Of a DNA stretch of 20,000 bases, positions 19,398-20,000 are shown one piece after another. Below the pieces are notes generated by a model. The model did not search any database, was not told where the DNA came from, and saw nothing but the letters and a program-made list of their open reading frames with translations. Source of the stretch: Squalus acanthias (taxonomy: Eukaryota); contig JASTWF010000347.1 of assembly GCA_030390025.1 (NCBI GenBank), positions 489,007-509,006 of the forward strand, given 5' to 3'. The first letter of the stretch is position 1, and every line of letters starts with the position of its first letter. The position numbers and the translations under genes were made by a program.

Positions 19398-20000
19398 CTC
19401 ACCCCAACTCCTCTTTCACCCCTACTCTCCAACCCCCCTCACCCCAACTCCTCTTTCACCCCTACTCTCCAACCCCCTCACCCCAACTCCTCTTTCACCC
19501 CAACTCTCCAACCCCCTCACCCCAACTCCTCTTTCACCCCTACTCTCCAACCCCCTCACCCCAACTCCTCTTTCACCCCTACTCTCCAACCCCCCTCACC
19601 CCAACTCCTCTTTCACCCCTACTCTCCAACCCCCCTCACCCCAACTCCTCTTTCACCCCTACTCTCCAACCCCCTCACCCCAACTCCTCTTTCACCCCTA
19701 CTCTCCAACCCCCTCACCCCAACTCCTCTTTCACCCCTACTCTCCAACCCCCCTCACCCCAACTCCTCTTTCACCCCTACTCTCCAACCCCCCTCACCCC
19801 AACTCCTCTTTCACCCCTACTCTCCAACCCCCCTCACCCCAACTCCTCTTTCACCCCTACTCTCCAACCCCCCTCACCCCAACTCCTCTTTCACCCCTAC
19901 TCTCCAACCCCCTCACCCCAACTCCTCTTTCACCCCTACTCTCCAACCCCCCTCACCCCAACTCCTCTTTCACCCCTACTCTCCAACCCCCCCCTCACCC
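19398..20000. repeat. 39-40-bp C-rich minisatellite, about 15 copies, running off the window
   Basis: Unit CTCACCCCAACTCCTCTTTCACCCCTACTCTCCAACCCC(C); nearly invariant except C-run length; no G on the + strand. Confidence 0.97.

Noticed and set aside
18851..20000. CRISPR-like or telomeric arrays
   Set aside because: Head-to-tail units with no unique spacers, no cas genes and no TTAGGG; ordinary minisatellites.

Overview
Vertebrate genomic DNA, most likely a cartilaginous fish (shark). This attribution is an inference from the repeat families (Deu-domain tRNA-SINE, CR1 types, Penelope termini) and the zinc-finger gene style. The window is a TE-dense C2H2 zinc-finger locus with two paralogous, convergent (tail-to-tail) tandem-ZNF genes: ZNF-A (+, about 8.9-11.3 kb, 14 fingers, three frameshifts) and ZNF-B (-, about 17.0-15.1 kb, 9 intact fingers, no ATG in its 307-codon ORF). 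Each has an NRF1/YY1/ZNF143-like CpG-island promoter, a predicted non-coding first exon, no visible KRAB/SCAN/BTB domain, and strongly shared 5' and 3' flanking modules. The left half is a nest: a 5'-truncated antisense CR1 carrying a full-length but disabled 4.2-kb CR1 and a Penelope-like 3' fragment. Also present are a DeuSINE, a Harbinger-like MITE, Tx1, L2 and other CR1-clade fragments, and two minisatellites. Best leads: (1) a U_UUA_AAC slippery heptamer at the CR1 ORF1/ORF2 junction with -1 frameshift geometry; (2) two minimal dimer-type hammerhead ribozymes; (3) an identical 17-aa open extension behind a UGA-CUG stop in both ZNF genes; (4) an AUG-less ZNF ORF with ACG in an optimal Kozak context; (5) a 75-bp LINE-derived fold-back hairpin between the ZNF genes. 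No database searches or folding computations were run.
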